64,000 bases of DNA from Phoronis australis (lineage: Eukaryota > Animalia > Phoronida), in the NCBI GenBank assembly GCA_002633005.1, contig NMRA01000072.1, positions 733,957 through 797,956 on the forward strand. Direction: 5' to 3'. Positions 12,201 to 24,200 of the stretch are shown here, one piece after another. Made by a program: the position numbers and the translations under genes. The notes beneath the pieces are model-generated. The model was not told the DNA's origin. It searched no databases and saw only the letters and a program-made list of their open reading frames with translations. How positions within the stretch are numbered: the first letter of the stretch is position 1; the number at the start of each line of letters is the position of its first letter.

Positions 12201-15200
12201 CTAGTGGTCTAGCAGTGTGACCTAGTGGTCTAGCAGTGTGACCTAGTGGTCTAGCAGTGTGACCTAGTGGTCTAGCAGTGTGACCTAGTGGTCTAGCAGT
12301 GTGACCTAGTGGTCTAGCAGTGTGACCTAGTGGTCTAGCAGTGTGACCTAGTGGTCTAGCAGTGTGACCTAGTGGTCTAGCAGTGTGACCTAGTGGTCTA
12401 GCAGTGTGACCTAGTGGTCTAGCAGTGTGACCTAGTGGTCTAGCAGTGTGACCTAGTGGTCTAGCAGTGTGACCTAGTGGTCTAGCAGTGTGACCTAGTG
12501 GTCTAGCAGTGTGACCTAGTGGTCTAGCAGTGTGACCTAGTGGTCTAGCAGTGTGACCTAGTGGTCTAGCAGTGTGACCTAGTGGTCTAGCAGTGTGACC
12601 TAGTGGTCTAGCAGTGTGACCNCAGAAATGTTGATAAAAATCTACAATTTTGTGATGGCTCGCCTGTGAGAATACAGTTTTCCCACAGGAAAATGTCTTT
12701 CATTATTTGTGATATGTTGAGACGGATGTTTTTGTGTGAACTGTTTGAATATCCCACAACTGTGACAATTTTATTTCATGGTGGTGTAAAAGAAGTGTGT
12801 TGGAAAATATGTCAATGAATTAAATCTGTGCAAGAATGCAGAATGCTGTCAACAAGCTATCTTAGCACCATCTAGATCACACAACAAGCTGTATTTCATC
12901 TTGTCATCGCTATTACTGTGTATTTGCATGGCAGGATACAAAGTTGAAGTTGAAGTGCGTGATTCTATCTGTATATGAGCGGGCTAGTCGCAACTGTCCG
13001 TGGTCTGTTGACATTTGGCTTGGTTACGTGAGAGCTTTGGAGCGACATCTAGAGGAACACCCAAAAATTAAAGGTATGCATTGCGATGAAGTTTGCCTGG
13101 ACACCAGAATACATTTTGGGCTTGATATCTCTTGGCTTCTATATTTCACATTGTGAATGAAGCACCTAATTTGTTTTGAATGGAAAGTCAAATCTATTCC
13201 TGGGCCAGCTGTCTATTCTTGGTATGCGGAATGTGACTTGAAAATTCACCAATTGCATGACATGCTTCACGTAATTATTCAAATTTGTTGTCCATTCATG
13301 CAGTGTGATTCATTGGATTTCTAGTCTGAATCTGTTGAATTGTGAGTCTGAAGATTAGATCCTGTACTCTTGACTTGATTACTCGGACAATTTTCTAACT
13401 AGTCCTTACATCATTGAAAAAGTTTAGAATTTCGTTATTTTGTGGTTTATGGACTGTGCTATATAATGATGTAAAATTTTTGTCTAATGAGAAATTTTGA
13501 AAATAAAAATTCACTTTAATAATTCTGTTCTCAGTTGAAGAAAGTTTGCTGTACGTACAGAACAAGACGAAAGTAATCAGACAAAACACTATTTCCTCGT
13601 CATGGTAGCTAGTTCTATTAACCATAAAAATGACTGGTAATAACTATGAGATGGCAGAATTCAAATTACAGAATGGCTTAGCCATCTTACTTAATTTCCT
13701 GTTATTTCCCTTCGTTTTCAGCCATGAGGGAAGACTTCTCAGATGATGAATTTGGCTTCCACCTGTCCATTATAATGGAGAATTCCGGGTCATTTTGTTT
13801 GAATACTAATTTGTGAATTTCTCTTTTAATTATCTGCTGCCTCTGGATAGTATGTGACACAAGACTTAAAATTCATTAGTCTATGGTGATATGAATGTTG
13901 TTTTCAAAGAATGGATTTAATGACTATTGAATTCAGTGCATGTTATTCTGAAAAGTTGCTTGTTAGGTTGTTGGTTACTATTGTTTTGTTTGTATTGTAG
14001 CCACGTTTGAACAAGCCTTGACATCAGGCCTAGAGAACAGCTCGGATCTCCTACAGCTATGGACAGCTTACTGTGACTATCTGAGGCGACGAGTGAAATG
14101 GAATGAAGGTATTGTCCACAGGCTGTTTCCCAACCTTGCCTTATTCAATTGTATTTGTTACCATTTTAGTTAATCACTTGAAGGGAATTTTATGCACACC
14201 ATATTGCAATGGAGTCACACTTCTGCACACTTAGTTTAGCTGGCAAAACCCCCGAAAATTGAATTAGATCTTTTACTCTTATAAAGTCAGATTTGTAGTG
14301 TTATGGTGATGGGACTCAGTTTCCTGGCAATGCGTACAAGTGCCATTTTCGCACTTTTGTTATTTAAGTGTTGGCCAACCCCAATAAACTCTACAGCATC
14401 GCTGGTCATTTTGAAGCTCTTGTTGATAACAGAAATATAATCGTGTCACAGTAAGGAATGTTAATAGAGCAATTCTTTGAAAGTAAAAGGCGTAATTCAA
14501 TTTTCATTATTACCCTCGCCCTGTTAAATGGAGCAAAGTGCAGCTTTAAAGTCACAAACACGTGGAATTGTGTAACAGAAAATCAATTAAGACATGGAAA
14601 CCACAGTATTCCATATCCTGTGATCAGTGTTGTCATCTCTGCTGGCCAAATTATTAACTTCAATTGCTGGTATTTAGCACATTTTATCACACTTTGAGAC
14701 AAGTTTCGCAGTACTAAGTGACTTAGTTCTAAAATGACTTTGAAAATAGTCTGTAACGAGCATTTTGTGTCTTTCATAATATTACAGAAAAACAATTTCC
14801 AAAATTGCACTTTTTCGTTTTGAAGAGCTTGGACTTTGTTCTGAATGCACAGATTTTTTCAAAAAAGTAGTATTTGATGACAGCTGTGGTACAATACTTG
14901 AAATGAACATTATCTCGACGCTATTCATCTTTCATTAGAAACATGGTGAGACGGATTTAGTAGTTGGTGAGATTTGACTGTTCATCTTTCAATCAATCGA
15001 AATATTGTTTCCCTTCATAACATAATGCAAGTTCTATGAACACAACAGAAACATGAAGATGCCATGACAGATTTGACAGAAAACTCCACGCAAGTGACCA
15101 ACCAGCATCTGCAGGTTCTCTGCCACTTTACCATCTGCTGGACAGACTGTGAACAAATGGAGTTAGATCTTTGTTTATGTATTGAACGACCAGTCAAGAG

Positions 15201-18200
15201 AACTTCTTTTGTAACTCCATTGGTAATGACAATCACCAAAGTTATGTGTAGCTTCTTCATTTCAGAACACACTACAGAACTTGAAGAACTTCGATCAACA
15301 TTTGAACGAGCTGTTGACTACTTAGATCAGTGTATGTACTTAGCATAGATAGAGCTTTACAAAAATAATTTTTTCGGAAAACTTGGCTTTTCTATTAAAG
15401 TGGTTGAAGCCACCACTGCATTGTCAGCATCATTAAACCTTAAGTTCCTTTAAAGCACTGCATACCACCACTGTGGATTCAATACCTCAGTAATGAGAAA
15501 TTTTGAAATTCGAAGAAAAGCGGCTTCATTTGAAAGTTTTTTCACGCCATGTACATGAGTGTGATGTATGAACTCACCTAGCGCCAGTGTGACACATCCA
15601 CCAACTCGCAAGTTTTTTGTACAAACTTGTGCTATATCCGGGCTTTTCTGATGTACCGCAGGAAAGTGAAAAGAGCCGCAGCATGATGAAATACTGAGTT
15701 ATTGCAACCACTGCAAACACAATGCCTTGCCATCCTTAATTATTATCCACAAACGAGCAGCAATATCTGATGACTTTTCACACTAAACACAATAGAGGAC
15801 TAGTGCTATGATTGGTCGCCCCAATTCTGCGTAGTCTGTTTCCACCAATAAGTGGTCGCTACTCGGGATAAGCTAATTACGATATCGTTGGCTGATGTTC
15901 TAATTTGACAGCAGATCTACTGGTGGGGTGTTTTTTTGTGTTGTTGACATTGAATTGGTGATTTTTAGTACTTAAAAATGGTATAGTCAGAGCTTGCAGT
16001 GCTTCAACCTGGAATCTTTCTCAGCTTGGAATTCCACTCATTGTCCACCTTCAGGAAATAGCCAAATGTTGTCAGGTTTAAAGCAAATAAAAACGAGCTT
16101 TGTAAAAATGTTGGGGTGTGCCGTATAAGGTAAGTGCCCTGAGGAAGGGGGGGGGGGAAGTTGTATGGAAAATTAATTTAGTATGTTTATTCATCCTTTC
16201 GGTTACCCAGAGCTGGGTATATGAGTTGTATTAAGTACTTAGTAACAATATTAGCATTCGCTTGAGGAAAAACGTAGCTCAAAGACTTTAAATGGCCTTG
16301 TGCATTAAAGAGCTGTATTAATATTGAAAATGTACTAATTCTGAATTAAAATATCATCATGAAACAATTACATAGCTTAGATTACTTCTTGTTTTGAATG
16401 ACAATGATAGTGTGAAGACTAACCATACTTTTATTTGTGATGATTATAATCTAATGACCGTATATTTCTAGATTTTGGCTCTGAGGGAGACCCAACGTGT
16501 AGCCTGCAACAATACTGGGCTAAGGTGGAGGTAGGTGTTATATTCAATCTAAAGATCCCTTTCTGCACCATTTTTCTCCACGTCGTCAGGCGTGTGCCGC
16601 ATGACTCGGCAATAACTAACCCACAGCTTGTGACACCACTTTCAACCTTTTGTTTTAGTTCGGATGTACTCTTTAGGGAATGAAATGAAATAATAACGGT
16701 ACTTCTGAAGATGGCCAGTGTAATGGTGTTTTTCCAAGATCTGTTTTCGCAAAGTTCATCAGTCTTTGACTCTGTCTAGATGTCGTGTTTTTCTGTGTGG
16801 ATGGGTGAGCGTAGGCCATAACTAACCAGCGCAAGCAGCTATCTGTCTGACGATAGACTGATAGTGGTCTGGACTGAACATACAGAAGTCCATTTAAATA
16901 AACCGTCCAGTGTAATATGAATGCTGCAAAGTCTCCACTTGTGATAAACTGCCTCACTGACTAAATTGCTGACTGCTGCTGACTTTATATTAACTGACTG
17001 ACTGATACAAACTTGTGCTTGAGTATTTATAGGCTGTTGCAATGTTCTAGAACTTATCCCCTAACCAAACACATTCTGGAACTTTCTAAAACTACCTAAT
17101 GATGTGATAAATATATACCAGGCTTCTAGAATATTCCAGGCTTCTAGAATATTCCTGGCTTATGCAATGTTCCTGATCATGGCTCTGTATCATTCACTAG
17201 TGTGCTAGAGATTTTTAGGGTATTATCTTGCATTCATCACTGGCAATTATATTTTCACCCTGACCTCTCTTGGGTCATATCGGTCAGCTGGTAACTGCTA
17301 ACATACATGTGCAATGAACCAATAAAATTTTAACTAACAGCCACGGTCGTTGTTTTCCTGACACCTGTTAGACACAAAAATACTGTGGGATTTATTTCTA
17401 CTAAAGTCTACAAAGAGAGAAACTGTCGCATCTTTATCATAAGGCGATGTATAATTGTAGAGTAGACTAGACCAAAAAAAATTGAATGGATACTCGATTA
17501 TTCGATATTTTTTCTTGGAACGCACAAGTACTGTGGAGTCATCACCTGGACATTTTTATCAAAAACAGTTAAACTTGCGAACTATTTCAATTTGTGTTTG
17601 GAATATACAGAGTGTTTAGGTAATTTTCATGTACAAGTAAAAGGTATTTGCAATGCGTCGCTGTCAGTGAGTTCATCAGTAACTCATTAATTTTCCTGAA
17701 ATTTTTATCAAAATCCAACGCCGTTTACTTTACATTGAATATACTAGCAGGCATCCATTGGATTTACTAGCAGGCATCCATTGTCTCCCAATTAGTTCAA
17801 ATTCTGTTGTGACATTGGACATAAATATTACTTTAAAACATGTATGGTATATTAAAGCTTGATCTCATTACTGTGTTTCTCAGTTTCTGGACTTCTCCTT
17901 CATATTAGCAATTTCAAAAAAGAGCCACTCAACTTGGTTCTAGTTAGGGTTGAATTTTTTTACAGCAACTTAAGAAGAGGTGCTCTGTTGTACTCTTTCC
18001 CAAGTCTTGAACTTTTGCAACTTTGCTGTCAACTCCTTCCCTAATTTTCTAGTTGGAAAACACAGGCTGATGATAATGCCTGGAAAGTCACTGCACTGGA
18101 TATGGTTGAAGGAAACTTTTTAATCTGCATTTCTTCAGTATTTAGCTGAGAAAAATTAGTTAAGCCACTTAAGCTCATAACATTGGTCACATAATATTCC

Positions 18201-21200
18201 ATACAGTGATAAGACTAATTTGTCATTACAAGAGCATCGAAACCTTCAGCAACTCAAGAAAATGTTTCAGAGTTTATTGGAGTTGGCCAACCCTAAAATT
18301 ACAAATTAGAAAATGGTGCATTGCTCATTACTTGAGTTGCTGGCACATTCTGCAGCTATTCAACATCGGGTAAGCATCGTAATGTTTTTCACTCCCTAAG
18401 GAGTTGGATAAAGAATTCAACTTTGACAGCTAAACAGCCCTGAAATTGCCCTTTAAGTTGACAGTACCAAAATTAGTGCTGGTTTATTCAGAAATAAACA
18501 CATTTTACAAACACACAGGTGTTTGAACAAAGTGCTAAGACAAAAAAAAAATACGATTTAACATCTTATGCAGTGCATCTCCATTTTTCTGCATGGACTA
18601 GGACCTTGGGTACATCATTAGTAATGCCCTGTGATCTCGTCATGTGACCAAAATATGGTACAACAACAGCAGCAACTGGAATGCAAAATTTCCGCTAAAT
18701 GTCCAAATACAGAGAACATACTAACAAGAGGTGGCATTCACTCTTACTGCAAGTTTAAAGCCTATCTTCTATGGTAACGCCAGTAGATTTGGTTCCTACA
18801 GTGTGTTAAGAGCCCACTAGTGCCATAAATTGTCTAATGTGACGAACTGGTAGGCGTATTGGCTTACTTTTGCGAGAATCACCTTTTACTTCAAACAGCT
18901 GCGAATAACACCCGCACGCAATGATGTCCTATTTAGACCCCTATTGTTTACAATTGTTATCGGTCTTTTGTTGTTTTACCTGGGATCTCGCGGTGACGCA
19001 ATATGGCACGAAAAGGCAGCTTCACCTATCATTTGGCGGGCCTATATTTGCATTTGCGTGATTGAATTCATGTTTTCTTATTTTGCTAAGGCTTAGCTAG
19101 TACTACCTGGTTAGCCTAATACATCTAATATTATAACAAAATTCCATTGAAGTTAGGCTTTAACACACACTAGTTAAATCAATGTTCATTGGGTGGTGCT
19201 AATGCAGGTTTGATTTCATGATCTGATTGTACAGAAGAGAACAGAAAGCTGTTAATTAACTAATGTGGCAGTGTTTGTGTATTTCTGCTAGTGGTATCAT
19301 TGTTTCATTAGTGGCACTTGGAGAATTTTGAGGCTCTCATTATCAACCAGTTTACTCACTTTTGATGAACCTTTCTCTTCACCTGTATACTTTGTGATTT
19401 GCTGAAAGAATTTTAACTGTATATTTCACGTGATGTTTAGGCCAAGTACTGTCAGAACATGGTTAAGGCACGTGAAATCTGGCGTAACATAATGGCATCA
19501 GGGCATGGAAATGAGGCTGCCATGTGGCTACTCAACTGTAACTTAGAAAGGTTTGTATTTGTTCATCAGCCTGTTGAATATAAAATGAATGTCAAACACC
19601 ATTGTGAATAAGTCGGTGTATTTCTCCTTGATTCAGACCGTTGTCAAGAGGTGAAACCTTTGGTTTTACCGATTGATTGAAATAAACGTATTGTGTAACT
19701 GGTTCCCTTACTTGCAGGAGCCATGGCGATAGTAAACACTGCCGACAAGTTCTACAGCGTGCTATCAACTCAGCCAGTGATTGGCCGGAGAATATGTGTG
19801 AGGCTTACTTGCAGTTTGAACGGGAGGAAGGTTAGTCTCAATCTTGCCACATTGTGAAGGGGGAAGTGTAGAGCTGTTACTGCCTGACAACAGGAGTGCT
19901 CATCCCAGTTTGGATATGCATAATGCTGCGTATTTAAAATGTCTATCTGTATAGTCTTCTAATAGCAGCCTATTTTTGCTATTTGTACTAAACATAGCCA
20001 CAGTATTTCAGTTATGTAATTGGCCTTAGTTTGAAAATATAAAATTGCTGTTTTGGCTATTAGTTTTGTGTGAAATTGAAGAGAGGTTAGGCCAAAAAAA
20101 GCAAAATTCGTTTTGGTTTGTACCCCAACTCATTTTTACCTGCGCTCACCCCGTGAAGTCTCATGTTTTTTTTAAAAAATGCGCTGTCACACAACGAAAG
20201 ATAAGCGAGGATTGAAACTCCATGACTTGCCTTGCGATGACTAAAAAAAACTGTGTCCAGCTTCATTTGTACTCATCTCAGGCAGATTTTCTTAATTTGT
20301 TAAAACGCAAGCAACTAAAAAAATTATATTGCATCCCAACTCTATTTTAGAAAATAAAACGTCTCAAAACCAACTATAAGCGTTTTGACCCTATCGCAGT
20401 TGCTTTTTTGCTGGGATACTTCATTATGATTTATTGCTTGACCCAATTGATGGGTTCATGCGTATAGTTGTGCATTGAGGCTTGATGTGTGTTTGATGCT
20501 CCACAGGAACTCTAGAACAGTTTGACCAGGCACTGGCAAAGTGTGAGGCACAGCTTCAGCGAGTAAACGAACGTAGGATAAAGGTACGTTGTCATCTGGA
20601 CTGTTCATGTTCATTCCCGTTCTTGAACAGACATTCCTTCTTACCCACCACCTGAAATGCAGATTATTATCCAGGTTAATCAGTCACACTTTTTTGTATT
20701 CGCTGGTTCTTCTTGGTCAACTGGTTAAAAATCTGATTGATCTGTAAACTAAGAGTCATTGTAGAGAACCAATTAGATGTCTTAGCCGCTTCGTTTGGTG
20801 GGACTGGTGTAGACAAGTGCAACCATTATGTCTTTCATAGAATGATAGAACACAATACTTCATACTCAAAAGGTGGCGCTAATGAAAAAAGACTCCTCTT
20901 TTAACACCTGAATAGATTGAGAGCAGAAAGCAGTTCATCACCATGTGACTACCTGAATGCATGCATTTATACAGGGGAGATCGTCACACTGGCGCCACCT
21001 AGAAACTTTAAAGTCAACAATTTCAAAAAACTAACAGATCACTCAGGGCATGGGCAAGTAAATAACCTGGTTAAGAAAGTGATCAATTTTGACAGGGTTG
21101 GCTAAATTATAAAAAATTGCCTGCTTTATTTCGATTGTTGGTAATGTTTTAATTCATTTGAATGGTAGAAACCAATGTCTGTCATTACAAAGAACATTTT

Positions 21201-24200
21201 GAGACTAGTCTAAAAGAGTTACTGAGCTTATTTCGCAGTTTTTATTTAGCCATAAGCAGGGAGTTAGTTGCTTTGAAAGCACAGTTCAGTCTACTTACTG
21301 CTTTCCTCCTCTGCACAATTTTGTTTATAAGTTCAGTAGCGGCTTACTTGTTGTTGAAAAACTTAATGCAACTTCCAGTTGTGCAAGATGATGANAGTTG
21401 AACAATTTTTATTCATTTTACTTTGAAATGCTCTGGTTTTTGGTCATGTAATGTAACGTATCGTTCTTTTCATATTGATTTTTTAAGCGTAATGCCCACT
21501 TGATACAGACTTTCAAAACCATGACTTTTTCATTTTAACTGATTTTTAATGTGTCCTTTGGACAGGCTGCTGAAAAGGAGGCTGACCTGGCTGGACAAAA
21601 GAAGCAACAGAAGCAAATAAAGAAGACAGGCAAGGAAGTGACTCCTGGGCAGAGTAGCTGGCAGTCAAGCCAGTCTCAGGGCAAGCGGAAGGTGGGTAAT
21701 GATGCTTATGATGATGATGGTGACAATAGTAGTAATACCATTTATAGCATTTGTCAGATCACATGTTTTCAGCGTCATTTCCTTGGGTCATCAATGCCAA
21801 TCTTTCCAGGGATTATTATTTCATCTGTTGCATAGTACCATATACTTTGTGTCATAATAAATTACCTTGATTTCGCCATCTTCAGTCTCTTTGCCTCTCT
21901 GAAACCTTAGCTTGTGGCGTGTCTGTTTATCATTGGAACATATGTCAAACGTAAACAGGAAGACTTTGTTTTACAAAGTAGGTAACCTGTTCGCCTTGTG
22001 GTCTTTAAGGTCCTTCTCATTGACAGTGTTCTTTCTTCACAAACTGCAGTTTTTCAGTCTGAGAGGAGACATTGGCTGCACGTGCTTGATACAACTGGGC
22101 ACATCTGTGGTTCATGAGAAAACAAGCGGATTTATGTTACAGAACAGAGTTGCTGTACATGACAACAGAATTACAGCTTGTGAAAAAAGGATTGTTTATT
22201 AAATGAGAAAATAATTCCGTTAAATAAATGAGAATGCTCCTGTTGTATTTGGGGGTAGAAGGTTGTCTTGCATTGTGATCTTGTTGCCAATCTTCCATTG
22301 ACCTTGACACTGACCTTCCACTGACCTTGACACCGACCTTCCATTGACATGGTTACCGACCTCCCATTGGCCTTGTTACTGACCTTCCAATGGACCTTGT
22401 CTGTTTTCACTTACAGCATGACCAGATTCAATCAGACAGTACCTTTAAAGTGCCTCAATTTCCAAGCAAGTCTAGCCAGAAAGAGGAGATGATTGAGCCT
22501 GCTGTCAAACGTCTAAAGCAAGGTCTGTATTTGCTTGCGACATCTATCTGTTGAAAAGTGCTATAAAGCCGAATTCTCTCAAGAAATAAACATTTGATTG
22601 AACTCCTTTATTCAGACTAGAAATGATTTTTGGTGCTGGGAAAAATTGATCTTTCGTCATTGCTGAAAACATTCTTAACAATTTGGCTTGGCCTGGCTGG
22701 TCATTTTAAAAGGATACTAAACCCTGTTTTGATGATTTTAGCCTGTCTTCGTTCTGTCATCTTCTAATGCATCATTGACGCCAGTCTTGAAAGATAAAAG
22801 CTGGAATCAATCAAAAACGTATTCCCCCTATGTTACAGATTGGGCTTATGGTTCTTGGTGGGTGGTCTTTCTCCACAGTTGCCTTGTAATTCACTAAAAA
22901 CATAGGTCATGTTTGCCCGTTTAACAGACTTTGAAAAGAGTTTTCTAATTTGCCTCCCCACGTTTGAGTGTTGTTGAGGGTCATAGAGCATTATTTTGTT
23001 TAAAGGAATTGTATGGGAATGACATTTTTAATATCTGTTAATAGGCCAAAACTGGGTTTGGTATCCTTTTAAGTGGTGACGATGGTCTCGAGCCCTAATG
23101 AACTGTCAATTTATCTGTCTTATTCACAAAAATTTCTTCTAATCCAAATAAGGAACAGCTTGAGTCTTGTTTACAATCATTTGTGATCTAATGCATTGAG
23201 GCGGCTTCATAAACCATGACTTGAGTCAGAGACGTTTCAAGTACATGAAAACGAGGCAGCATTCAATGTCCTATTTGTAACTGTTGCTGCTGTATATGTT
23301 GCAAGTTTCTGTATGTCTTCTTTTTTTTCCAAGCAAAGAAATATATGTAAGGAATCTCTTACGTTGCATTCTTGTCTCATTGAACTATGTAAAACAATTG
23401 GTGTTAGTTTGCTGCTGAACTAAAGTGTACACTTGTCAATATCTTATGGTGACTCAAACCATGACTGGTGTGTATCATCTCTCTGTGGACACAAACTATG
23501 GAATGAGCTGCCGAGGTGTGTTAAATCTTCAAAGACATTTGTTTGCTGAAATAAAGACTTGGAACCATTTTTTTTCAACTCTACTTCATCGACTAACATT
23601 TTATTTTGAAGCACCAATGAATGGAGATCACTTTTATTGATTTGTTTTGTTTATTTTTTGATGTGAAATGCTCGAGTATGTAAATGAGTATGTAAATGAG
23701 TATGTAAATGAGTATGTAAATGAGTAATATGTAAATTTCATTTCAGACATGCCTGGGGTAGAGTTTAAACATGATCCCAGTAAATCTGACCAGACTGTGT
23801 TTGTTAGTAACCTCTCCTTTAACTTGGAGGAGGACAGAATTAAGGAAATGTTCTCAAAGGTAAACTTTTGAAATTATATGCAAACAAGCAGGTTGGTTTT
23901 TAGTGAAAGGTTTGTGCTAAGCAATGACGGCTGGTAAAGATTTAAAATTTTGTGCCAAGTTTTGTAAAAGGCTGGCTGGTTTTAGTGGGAAGTTTTTGGT
24001 AAGGTATAGTTAGTATGAATGACAATTTAAAGTGATTGAAATGTTGTGCCAAGTTTTGTAAAAAACAGGTTGTTTAATGGGAGATGTTTGCAAAGTAATT
24101 ATAGCGGTTGGTGCAGGTGTGCTGCCACCTATTTATAGAAGGAGGTACCGCAACTTTGCTATGGATGATGTAAAGACACATATTAGTCATGGTAAATAGA

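Noticed and set aside
12056-12621. CRISPR-like regular repeat
   Set aside because: Units are contiguous and identical with no spacers, no cas genes, and the context is a eukaryotic intron.
8775-13625. Similar peptides in ORFs 8775-8966 and 13395-13625 (HD.E..FCLI.F)
   Set aside because: Explained by two copies of a non-coding interspersed repeat.
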